Below are positions 31,863 to 40,770 of a DNA stretch of 44,998 bases, piece after piece. This DNA is from Thraustochytrium aureum (lineage: Eukaryota). The stretch is taken from assembly GCA_012862495.1 (NCBI GenBank), contig BLSG01000216.1, forward strand, positions 477,455-522,452. The letters are read 5' to 3'. The stretch's first letter is position 1, and every line of letters starts with the position of its first letter. A model generated the notes under the pieces. It ran no database searches. It was not told where the DNA came from and was given only the letters and a program-made list of their open reading frames with translations. The position numbers were made by a program, and so were the translations under genes.

Positions 31863-34800
31863 CTACAAAATCATGCAGCATCCTGCGTTGGGTTTCGTTC
31901 TGGTGACGCGCGTCGACCCGTACACGACAAACTCGTGCTGAGAGCATGAGATGACGTCTCCAAGCTCGAGCTTGTAGTCCACGTTGTGCTTGAGCTTCAG
32001 GTGCGTTCCGTACTTTGACTCGAGGTCGTTGAGGAAATAGTCCCCGTTCCGGTACTGGACCATAGTGTTGACCCTGCTGACCGTTCGGTCGTTGAGAGAC
32101 AGAAACCTTCGGCCGGGAAACGGCTCGCTCTCGGCAGTGTCCTTTCTGGATCCAGTCCATCGCCCGATGATTGTGATAGAGTCTGTGAGCACAAACAGCT
32201 GCCGCTTTTGCGGCCCGGTCGCACACTTGAGCACCATATAGAATGGCAAGCTTGCCAGCTCGTTTTCGAGCTCAGACATCGCAACCCCCTGGAGGCGTGC
32301 CTCGAGCTCTGTTGGCGTTGCATAGATCCCTGCAAGCATGTCCACTTCAAAATCCTCGCGGTCCCCGAACGAGTCGTCAGTTGCGTCCGTGACAACCGAC
32401 GCTCCGTCGTCATCGCCAACGTCATCAGCGTCGGGCTCGAGCTCAATCTCGCTGTTGGCGAGACGGCTAGCGCGAGCAAAGCTGTCGCCTTCTGAGCCCT
32501 CCTCAGCGGAAACAGACGAAAAGCGCCGCGAGCGGATGTGCGATGAGGACGCGAGGCGCCGGTGCGGGTGCTCAATAGAGTCGACCGAGCTGGCATGCGT
32601 GCTTTCGGTCGGTGCCACCTTTGACCCATGCATTATGTACGGCATATGATAGGCGGAGGTGTGGCCCTCCGCACCAGAGCCGTACACCGAACTGGACCCG
32701 CCTCCATTGATTACGACGTCCGGACGGCTGCCGGCCGATCCGGCTCCGCGCGACGGCGAACGCAGCAACGCCGCCTTCGCCTCGCTCTGTAGCACGAGAT
32801 AATCAACGCCAACCTTGGCGCGCAACGCTTCTTCCCGCAAGCTGCTTTCATCGAGGGCGAGGACCTCATCATAATCGGTGCGCTTGAGACCGTACAGAAT
32901 GGTGTTGCCAGAACTGATCACACAATACGAGGATCTGAAATTCTCAGGGTCGTCGCAAGCAAGAACCTCGGACAATACGTTGCCCCCGCCGTGGACCGGT
33001 GTGAACGAGCGCCGACGTTCCAGCGGCTGAATCGAAATCATGCTTGCGCGCGACTCGCGTGACACGAAAAGCGTTCCGGATGCCACAATGTACATCGAGT
33101 CGCTGTGGTCGTCTCGCTCGATCAGCGGCGAGCCTTTCTTGAGGATGACGCGAAACATGCGGCCTGCCAGCGCCAGGACCTGCGACTGTGTCAGTCGCTT
33201 GAGAGCGTTGACATTACGGAGGTCGTAGACGTGCGACTGCGTGATCCGGTTCTCGATCAGAAGCCGCATCACCTCAAAGTTGGTCGGGTGAATAATGGCC
33301 TTGGCCATGTGAAAGTCAATGTAAATGCAGCGAACTTGCTGTGTAGCTCGAATGCTTGCAGAGGCGGGAAACCCGGTGAAAAGGGCCATCTCGCCGAGCA
33401 CAACGCGCTCTGCAACGGTGTTGAGGACGATGTCTGGGCGATGGTCGTGGTAAATTTCCGCAGAGCCGGATGCGATGACGAAGATCCCTGTGACCTGCTC
33501 ACTCTGGCGGATGATCGTGTCGTTACTTTTAAAGTTGAGCACGCTGGCCGCGCAGGCCAAGCTCTGGATCTCCTCGCTCTTCAGGTTTGCGAGTAGCTTG
33601 ACCGAGGCGAGCGTTTCTGCGATTTCGTTGACCTTGAGAAACTGCTCGGTCTCGGTCTCGCTCTTCTTGAAGAGGACAGTCAGTTGCGATCGCCCGACCT
33701 TGAACGTGTCGCCCTTCTGGAGGCAGTGAATCTTGCCCACTGGGTTTAGCGGTTTCCCAGCGAAAGTGTGCTCGGAGGGTCGTCGGTCGCTGAGCTCGAG
33801 GAAAACCCCCTTCTTCTTGCTCTCAGCGAGCGCGCTGAGAAAGTAGCGGGTGTCGAATTTGTTTATCACCGCCGCAAAGGCAGGCATCTCGTAGTCCTGC
33901 ACAGCAACGTCGCACTCTTGCACTTTACGACCGATCGTGAGCTCGTCCGCGGAGCCCATGCAAAAGTACATCGAGTCGAACAGGAAACCTGTTGCACCCA
34001 TCAACTGTCGGTACCGGAGCGATTGGCGCGTCTTGGTGACGCGCAAGCAAAGGTTGTCCCAAGCCTCCGTTACGCGGGACGTGTTGTCGCGAACGGACGA
34101 AACGCGAACCTCCACATTGGGCCCGAAGCGGATCAGGTCGCCGCGTTGCAGCGTCAGCGCTCGCGTTTCGGAGAGTTCTAGCAGAGTACCGCAAGGCGCC
34201 CCGATCGACATGTCTCGAAGCCAAAAGTTGTTGTCTGCGTCTCGCTCGATGCGAACGTGAAAGGACGCTAGATCATCGATTTGGACCGTGTTGGCCTTGT
34301 GTGAGCCGATCGTGATGTCGCCAACGTCAAACGCAAAAATTCGCCCCTTCAGTCGCGCCGAGCCGCTTATCACCTCAATCTCCAGCTTGCACTCGGAGAG
34401 CTTTGCCTGGCCCCGTTTCCGGCCAGGCGCAAACGTCGACTTTCGTCTGATCTTGGGGTCGCCGCGCGGCGATTGCTGCTGCTCTTGTTTGAGGCTCTCC
34501 CCAAAAAGCCCCGGCACCGCTTTGTCAAGCGACGCGTCTTTGACTACTTTGCTGCCCTGCGCGCCAGCAACGACCACGCCGTGGAGGACTGTGGACTCCT
34601 CAAGCGCCAGTAAATGGCTCTTGGAGATCGTGTCGTCGCACAGGACAGCGTCGAGGGTGCTCTCTTCTTCCAACACGCTCGAGCCCCCGAGCGTGTTGCG
34701 GCGGATTTTGATTTGCTTGCCGTTCTCACAAACTGCAGTAGTGATCACCACTGCAGCCGCCTTGTTCTTCTCCCGTAGCGCAATAGCGTCCTCCTCAGCA

Positions 34801-35480
34801 ACCATGGCGCCGTTGCCGTGTTGGCTTGGGTCAAAGCCTGCTGCTGCTTGTTCAAACCCGGAACGCACTTTGGCGAGGTCGGTGTCCTTGAGCTTTTGCG
34901 AGACTAGGCTCGTCACGGACCCATAGTCCGAGTCTCGCCTCATGGTGAAATTCTGCTGCGTTTTTCTTCGACTCGATCGCCTGTCTTTGCCGGTGCGATC
35001 AGCAGCGATAAGCTCCCGCTCAGGCTTGACGTCCGGCACGAGTCGCCGAACCTTGAATTTGATGAAGTCGCTAAAGTCGAGCACGTCGCGCGCAACAAAG
35101 CCCGTCAGCGCGGCGCTGCGGCGAGAGGATCGCTTGACAGCTTTTGATAAGTAAAATACGTCGCCGTTCTGCAATCTGACGCAATCGCGGCTCGCGCGTG
35201 TCGACGATAGCACAACGTATGTGCCGAACGGCGTTCCGAGGTCAAACAAGTCGTATTCGTCCTTGGCGCCGCACCAGGCGACTTTGGCATGGGTCTCGCC
35301 GACAGTTTCACCGCGGGGGATTTGGATTTTGCACTCCGAGCCTGTGCCAATTGTTCCTGCCTGAATAGGCCATATTCGCGAGCCGCTTGGGCTAAACTTG
35401 CTCGGGTTCGACTCTTCGAAGAACAAGCTCTCATTAAAGTGCAAGCCTCGATCAATCACATCGTTCTCGGTACATATCTC
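31863..35480 (-). CDS. Multi-FHA + two cyclic-nucleotide-binding (cNMP) domain protein with C-terminal CaaX (GCCMIL*); 5' end in or beyond gap
   Basis: FHA-like units at about 35220-35370, 34180-34320, 33830-33945 and 32000-32175 (IIGR...VSRVNT...FLNDLESKYGT). cNMP units at about 33310-33610 (IIRQSE..GIFVIASG..LGEMALF) and 32880-33220 (SMYIVASG). Uninterrupted ORF of more than 1200 codons after the gap. Confidence 0.85.
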   Translation of the reverse strand, partial: EICTENDVIDRGLHFNESLFFEESNPSKFSPSGSRIWPIQAGTIGTGSECKIQIPRGETVGETHAKVAWCGAKDEYDLFDLGTPFGTYVVLSSTRASRDCVRLQNGDVFYLSKAVKRSSRRSAALTGFVARDVLDFSDFIKFKVRRLVPDVKPERELIAADRTGKDRRSSRRKTQQNFTMRRDSDYGSVTSLVSQKLKDTDLAKVRSGFEQAAAGFDPSQHGNGAMVAEEDAIALREKNKAAAVVITTAVCENGKQIKIRRNTLGGSSVLEEESTLDAVLCDDTISKSHLLALEESTVLHGVVVAGAQGSKVVKDASLDKAVPGLFGESLKQEQQQSPRGDPKIRRKSTFAPGRKRGQAKLSECKLEIEVISGSARLKGRIFAFDVGDITIGSHKANTVQIDDLASFHVRIERDADNNFWLRDMSIGAPCGTLLELSETRALTLQRGDLIRFGPNVEVRVSSVRDNTSRVTEAWDNLCLRVTKTRQSLRYRQLMGATGFLFDSMYFCMGSADELTIGRKVQECDVAVQDYEMPAFAAVINKFDTRYFLSALAESKKKGVFLELSDRRPSEHTFAGKPLNPVGKIHCLQKGDTFKVGRSQLTVLFKKSETETEQFLKVNEIAETLASVKLLANLKSEEIQSLACAASVLNFKSNDTIIRQSEQVTGIFVIASGSAEIYHDHRPDIVLNTVAERVVLGEMALFTGFPASASIRATQQVRCIYIDFHMAKAIIHPTNFEVMRLLIENRITQSHVYDLRNVNALKRLTQSQVLALAGRMFRVILKKGSPLIERDDHSDSMYIVASGTLFVSRESRASMISIQPLERRRSFTPVHGGGNVLSEVLACDDPENFRSSYCVISSGNTILYGLKRTDYDEVLALDESSLREEALRAKVGVDYLVLQSEAKAALLRSPSRGAGSAGSRPDVVINGGGSSSVYGSGAEGHTSAYHMPYIMHGSKVAPTESTHASSVDSIEHPHRRLASSSHIRSRRFSSVSAEEGSEGDSFARASRLANSEIELEPDADDVGDDDGASVVTDATDDSFGDREDFEVDMLAGIYATPTELEARLQGVAMSELENELASLPFYMVLKCATGPQKRQLFVLTDSITIIGRWTGSRKDTAESEPFPGRRFLSLNDRTVSRVNTMVQYRNGDYFLNDLESKYGTHLKLKHNVDYKLELGDVISCSQHEFVVYGSTRVTRTKPNAGCCMIL

Positions 35481-35956
35481 NNNNNNNNNNNNNNNNNNNN
35501 NNNNNNNNNNNNNNNNNNNNNNNNNNNNNNNNNNNNNNNNNNNNNNNNNNNNNNNNNNNNNNNNNNNNNNNNNNNNNNNNNNNNNNNNNNNNNNNNNNNN
35601 NNNNNNNNNNNNNNNNNNNNNNNNNNNNNNNNNNNNNNNNNNNNNGAACCCCTTGACATCGCGCGACCGCGGCTGCCGCCCAGGTCTCACCACCCGCTGC
35701 GCCGCCCACCGGCGGTTCGGGGCGCGACGGCGCGGTACTTTCCGTCACGTCTTTCCCTGCTCCAAAGCCGAGCTCCTCGCGGCAGACCGCACCGTTCGTG
35801 CGTCGCGCTTTCGCTGGCCGTGGCGCGGCTCGCGTGTCGCCTGCCGGTGAGAGATATTGCGGCTTCGCCAAACCAAGACCGCCTGCCCTCGTGCACTTGG
35901 CAGCCAAGGATTGATTGATCGCCCGCCTCCTGCTCCGCTCGCTTCAAGGAAGCCAA

Positions 35957-36040
35957 CCTGCCTGCCTGCCTGCCTGTCTGCCTGCCTGCCTGCCTGCCTG
36001 CCGGCCTGCCTGCCTGCCTGCTTGCTTGCTGGCCTGCTGC
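35957..36040. repeat. Degenerate (CCTG)n tetranucleotide microsatellite
   Basis: About 20 CCTG/CTTG units read directly, in the divergent intergenic region. Confidence 0.9.
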
Positions 36041-36931
36041 CTTGTGGGGCAGAGTCTGTCTCGCGCGTCTCCTCCGCTTCGGCGCTCGAACGGACACTTG
36101 GACCCAACGACACCTCATAGGCCCCTATTCCGGTACACACGCACACTGGTTTTAGTATTTTGTTAGAGTAGGTACCAGGTGAGCGGACGAGCGTGGCGTT
36201 TTGGCAAGGGATGCGGAGGCGGCGAGCGGATAGGAAGAGGGCAAGCCTCGGGCTTTGTTCTGGTGATGGTCATCGTCGGCTGCTGGCGCAGAGCGAGCGA
36301 GCGCTGGACGGTCTACGCGAGTGCTTGTGCTGGTGATTTGAAGGACGGTCTTGCGCGTTGAAGGCGCTTGTCGGCACAAGAGCCAACTGTTTGATGCCCA
36401 CCAGGTTGTGCTTCCGCTGTTCTGAAAGAAGAAACAACGATAACCCAGACACTCGACGGAATCGGTGGTGCGCACCACCCACCCCATTGGTGCTGCCTAG
36501 GAGGGATCGACCTTTTGACAATGCGGCCGCCGTTGTTGCCGCGATGGAGGTTGGGTTGCATTGATTTTCCTGGCTCGCCTTTGCACGCCCCGTTCGCTCG
36601 GCGCTCAAACGACTCTAGCTCTAGAGAAGCATCAATCCGATGGACCGTCAAGACAGCTCGCTCGACGGTGCTCGAGCGGGCGGGCGGGGCGCGGCCGCCG
36701 CGATTGATGCCGCAACGTTCAGGAGTTGCTCAGAGAGGTCCATGTCCTGCAGAAGTGAACGGCTCTTCCAGGGAAGAAGTGACTCCTTCCTTCCTTCCTT
36801 GATAGAAGCGCTCGTTGTACTTGAATCAAGAGAACAAAGTCTTTGCCACACGGCGACACGGCGAGGGGCAGAGCCCCATTGGCAGCGGGCGTCGAAGGAG
36901 GGAGCGGGAAAGGAGGGGCTGGGAGAGGAGG

Positions 36932-38313
36932 ATGGCGGGGAGCATGCGCGCCGCGGCAGCGCCCGCGGGCCTCGAGATTGGCAAGGACTTCCCGATGGTC
37001 TGCGAGACCTGCCTCGGTGACTCCAGGTTTGTGAGGATGACCAAAGTCCCCGCGTTCGAGGCGTGCCGCATCACTGGGCGGCCGTTTCAGCCGTTCGAAT
37101 GGAGGCCAAGGCGCAACGAGCCCCCCAAGCGCACGGTTGTCTGCTACGAGATCAGCGCGGAAAAGAATGTGTGCCAGAGCTGCCTCAACGACCTGGACTA
37201 CAACATCCCCATGGCTCTCCGCGACTCGTTTCTAGCTGCTCAGCAAGCTGCTGGGGCGCGGCCCGAAGCGGGCGCAATCTCGGACGTCAACAAGACGTTC
37301 GAGTTCAACCAGCGCTTGGCAGAACGCCAGGCCGGGGTTGCCTCGAGTGGCCCTGCTCCCGCGCAGCGCCTCTTGGCGGGAGCATCCCAGGCAGAAAGCA
37401 AAGTGGAGCGCGAAAGTAGTCGTCTGCGGCTGCCGGCTTTGTGCTTGGACTGGGTCAAAGGCAGGTGCGCGCGTTCGCCATGCACGTTTCGCCCGTGCAA
37501 CGGGCTGTTTGCGTTTCCCGAGACTGTGGAGCGGTTGCCGGGCCAAACACGCGCGCTCGAGTCGCAGCTCAAGGTGAAAGGACCCAAGAGCGTGCACATG
37601 TTGACGGCCAGTTGCAGTCAGCTCTATACGAGGCTGCGCGAAATGCGGCGCGAATCCACAAAGAGCAAGCGCTGCGCCCCCCGGCAGACCCATCTGTCAC
37701 CACGCTCTTCGTTCTGGGCCTTTCGGCGGACGTAACCGAGAAGGACATCAGGGGTGCTCTGGGGCCGTTTGGTGCACTGTCGCGTGTGCAAGTCCTCCTG
37801 GGCAAGTCGCAAGCGTTCGCGCAGTTTGCAGAGCGAGACGCAGCCGAGTCGTGCATGTCTGCGCTCAAGGGAAGGGCCATGATTCGGGGCAAGCCTGCCC
37901 GGCTCGGCTGGGCCCTCAAGCGGGCAAGTGGAGAGACGCCGCAAGAATTAGACTCGCCGAGGCAAGTCGGCACGAAGAAACGCAGCCGCGGCCCGGAAGG
38001 CACTGCTGTGGCGTCGCAAACGCCCGCAGCGCCGCGGCATGCAAAGCCGGCGCGTGGCCCGCCAAGAGCGATCCCGCTGCCAGAGATTGTTCCGGGGGTC
38101 CCGGTGCCTTTTGGCTTGGAGCCCGGCGCGGCTTTTCCGGATGCTCCTGAAGGCCTCTTGGATTGCTTCGTGGCGCTGGGGGCGCACCCAAGCATGCTCC
38201 GCGTCTTTCCGCAGCTATCCGGCCCAGTGCCTTCGGTCGACTTTAGGTTGCACTACCCAGCGATGAGCCCCGCGGCGCTCGACGGCAACTTGTGCTTTAA
38301 CTTCACTTTGTAA
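36932..38313 (+). CDS. RBM22: Pre-mRNA splicing factor RBM22/Ecm2/Slt11 family; frameshift at about 37594
   Basis: DFPMVCETCLGDSRFVRMTK, RPFQPFEWRP, KRTVVC, KNVCQSCLNDLDYNIPMALRD, degenerate CCCH-like CLDWVKGRC, then in the next frame PPADPSVTTLFVLGL and an RRM (QAFAQFAERDAAE...ARLGWA). C-terminal HYPAMSP. Confidence 0.9.
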
Positions 38314-38740
38314 ACGCATCGCATACGTATTGTATTCGTAGAGTAGCGCCTGAAGCCCCGCCACGGCCTGGCGGAGCACGCTTGGCTCGCTCGGTCTCGT
38401 TGTTTCGCAGCAGGCAAGGCGGTCATCGCCAGGCTGTCCGTCGTAGTCGAGCGTGGGCTTCGCCCAATGCTCCCCGACTCTGTACCGTCGCTGGTGGGGC
38501 GCACAGCCCGTGCGAGGCCCTTTCGAGTACTGCTGGTCTCGCAACTCGTCGGAAGAGCCCAGTCGCCTTTCGCAAGAAGCGCGTGGATGCCGGGCGCGAC
38601 AGCTCAGCCCCCCAGGAAGGAAGGCATCGCAGACCGCCAAGCCCAAGGCGTGCTGCGGCGCTCCGAGGCGAGGCTTTGGCGCAGCGGCTGTGCGGCGAGC
38701 TCCTGAGGGACGCGGCGGATCGAGGCGGTGACTGCGCGAG

Positions 38741-40210
38741 ATGGCCTCTACCGCAAGCGAGGCCGGGTTGCCAGCCCTGGGCGGGGACGGCGGCAGGAGG
38801 CGCGGGTCGGATGCACCCGCCAGTGGACAGCTCCTTGGCGGGAAGGACGGAGAAGGCGGTGGCGGCGGCGACGGCGGCCGGGCGTATCTGGACGACGACA
38901 ACGACAAGTACTCGAAGCAGAGACAGCCGCTGAACGTGGCCTTCTCTGCGTTAGGCGTCTCTGCGGCAACAAGGCGGCGGAATGGCGCTGGCCAAAACAC
39001 GTTTCGAGCGCTGGCGCTCGCGAGTGGGCTTGCAACTTGTCTGCTGTTCTGCGTGGTGCTCGCGATGGTGGCGAGCTGGAGCTCGTGGACCTTTCGGCAC
39101 GCGGTGCGCGGTAGACTGCTACCCCAGAAGAACTACTGCGACTCGACAGAGCACGTCGGCGCGTGGGTCCCTTCTTCGCCCGAGTACCCGTCGTGGCGCT
39201 ATTTGTTGAACCAGACTGCGCCTGAAGCAAGCGCGGCGAAAATTGAGCCGCCCTTAAAATCCTCGCGAGCAGCGTCAAGGTCAGCGGCGTGCAAGCACAA
39301 ATACTATTACGGACGGGAAATGCTGGAGACCTACATCCGGTCTGGCCTTCGCGTCGAGGTCTGGGGCGACTCTGCAGCGCGGCAAGTCGTTGGCTCGCTC
39401 ATGTGTTGGCTGACAGGGGCCAAGAGCTGGAAAGGCCACGAAACCAGGGTACCTTTCCTGCCGCGGCCGCGCCCCCTGTTGGTTCCTCACAATGGTGGCG
39501 ATGAGACCGACAGGCGCTTGTACTGGAGTGGTGCAGACAAGTGCTTCAATGGCTGCCCAGAGGCGCGCCTCAAGGCCTGCACCGAGATGTATGGCACGCG
39601 CCAAGCAGGCGATGCCGAGAGGCTGGACGAGTGCCGCTACGAGCGGCTCGAGTTCTCCTGGCATGTCCCGCGCGAGCTAATCCTCCCGCTGGATGAGGGC
39701 GCAGAGGAGCCCGACACCCCCTTTGCTGTGTGGATCCCGCCGACGGTGACGTTCCGCTGGAGCGGCAAGGTAGAGCAAATCAAGCGGCGCGTTGACGGAT
39801 GGCTCCGCGACCACCCGAACGAGGTTTACGGTGCCGACTTGCTCATTCTGAGCGCAGGGCAGCGACTCCCAGGTGACTCCACGGACGCTGAGTTCGAGCG
39901 CGTTCTTCAAGACACCCTGCAAACCATCAATGACAACGACAGGGCGTTCAAAAACACGGACATTGTCTGGCTCGAGTCAAATGCTGTGCCGCCGCTCGTC
40001 CGCAAGGAGATGCGTCTCGGCGAGCCCGACCCTGACGTTCGTCGAACGGCTGGCGTTCGCCTCGCGGCCGATCACGGCTTTCCCGTCATCCGCACGTACC
40101 ATATGACGCAGTCCTCGGCTTTTTGGGCCAATGCAACCGATCTGCACTTCCCGCAGCTCTCGGAGCACCGCGCCCAGCTCGTCATCAACTACATCACGCA
40201 CCACTTTTGA
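38741..40210 (+). CDS. Type-II membrane SGNH/PC-esterase-like (TBL/NXPE-like) putative O-acetyltransferase/esterase, 489 aa
   Basis: Single TM LALASGLATCLLFCVVLAMVASW, Cys/Trp GAW motif, block-I VEVWGDSAARQ, ADLLILSAG, IVWLES and C-terminal TDLHF (D-x-H). Confidence 0.7.
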   Translation: MASTASEAGLPALGGDGGRRRGSDAPASGQLLGGKDGEGGGGGDGGRAYLDDDNDKYSKQRQPLNVAFSALGVSAATRRRNGAGQNTFRALALASGLATCLLFCVVLAMVASWSSWTFRHAVRGRLLPQKNYCDSTEHVGAWVPSSPEYPSWRYLLNQTAPEASAAKIEPPLKSSRAASRSAACKHKYYYGREMLETYIRSGLRVEVWGDSAARQVVGSLMCWLTGAKSWKGHETRVPFLPRPRPLLVPHNGGDETDRRLYWSGADKCFNGCPEARLKACTEMYGTRQAGDAERLDECRYERLEFSWHVPRELILPLDEGAEEPDTPFAVWIPPTVTFRWSGKVEQIKRRVDGWLRDHPNEVYGADLLILSAGQRLPGDSTDAEFERVLQDTLQTINDNDRAFKNTDIVWLESNAVPPLVRKEMRLGEPDPDVRRTAGVRLAADHGFPVIRTYHMTQSSAFWANATDLHFPQLSEHRAQLVINYITHHF

Positions 40211-40770
40211 TGTACAATCAACGACCATTGAATTCTGAGCATTGCCGCGAGCCTCTCGAAAAAGCGCCCCTCAAGCATCGCTAGCGGCTCTCGCACAGCA
40301 TCCTGCGGCGGGGTCCGCGGCGATTGAGTTGCCTCCGTGGTTGGTTGCAAGAACACGGGCACGCCAGCCCGCTGAGCCCAGTTTCGGCGCGTCGACACTT
40401 AAGGTACCGTTTCGCAGGACCACCTTAACATGGCCGTTCGGCCCCTTCTCAGATTGGCATTCAGGCACATCTACGCGAGCATGNNNNNNNNNNNNNNNNN
40501 NNNNNNNNNNNNNNNNNNNNNNNNNNNNNNNNNNNNNNNNNNNNNNNNNNNNNNNNNNNNNNNNNNNNNNNNNNNNNNNNNNNNNNNNNNNNNNNNNNNN
40601 NNNNNNNNNNNNNNNNNNNNNNNNNNNNNNNNNNNNNNNNNNNNNNNNNNNNNNNNNNNNNNNNNNNNNNNNNNNNNNNNNNNNNNNNNNNNNNNNNNNN
40701 NNNNNNNNNNNNNNNNNNNNNNNNNNNNNNNNNNNNNNNNNNNNNNNNNNNNNNNNNNNNNNNNNNNNNN

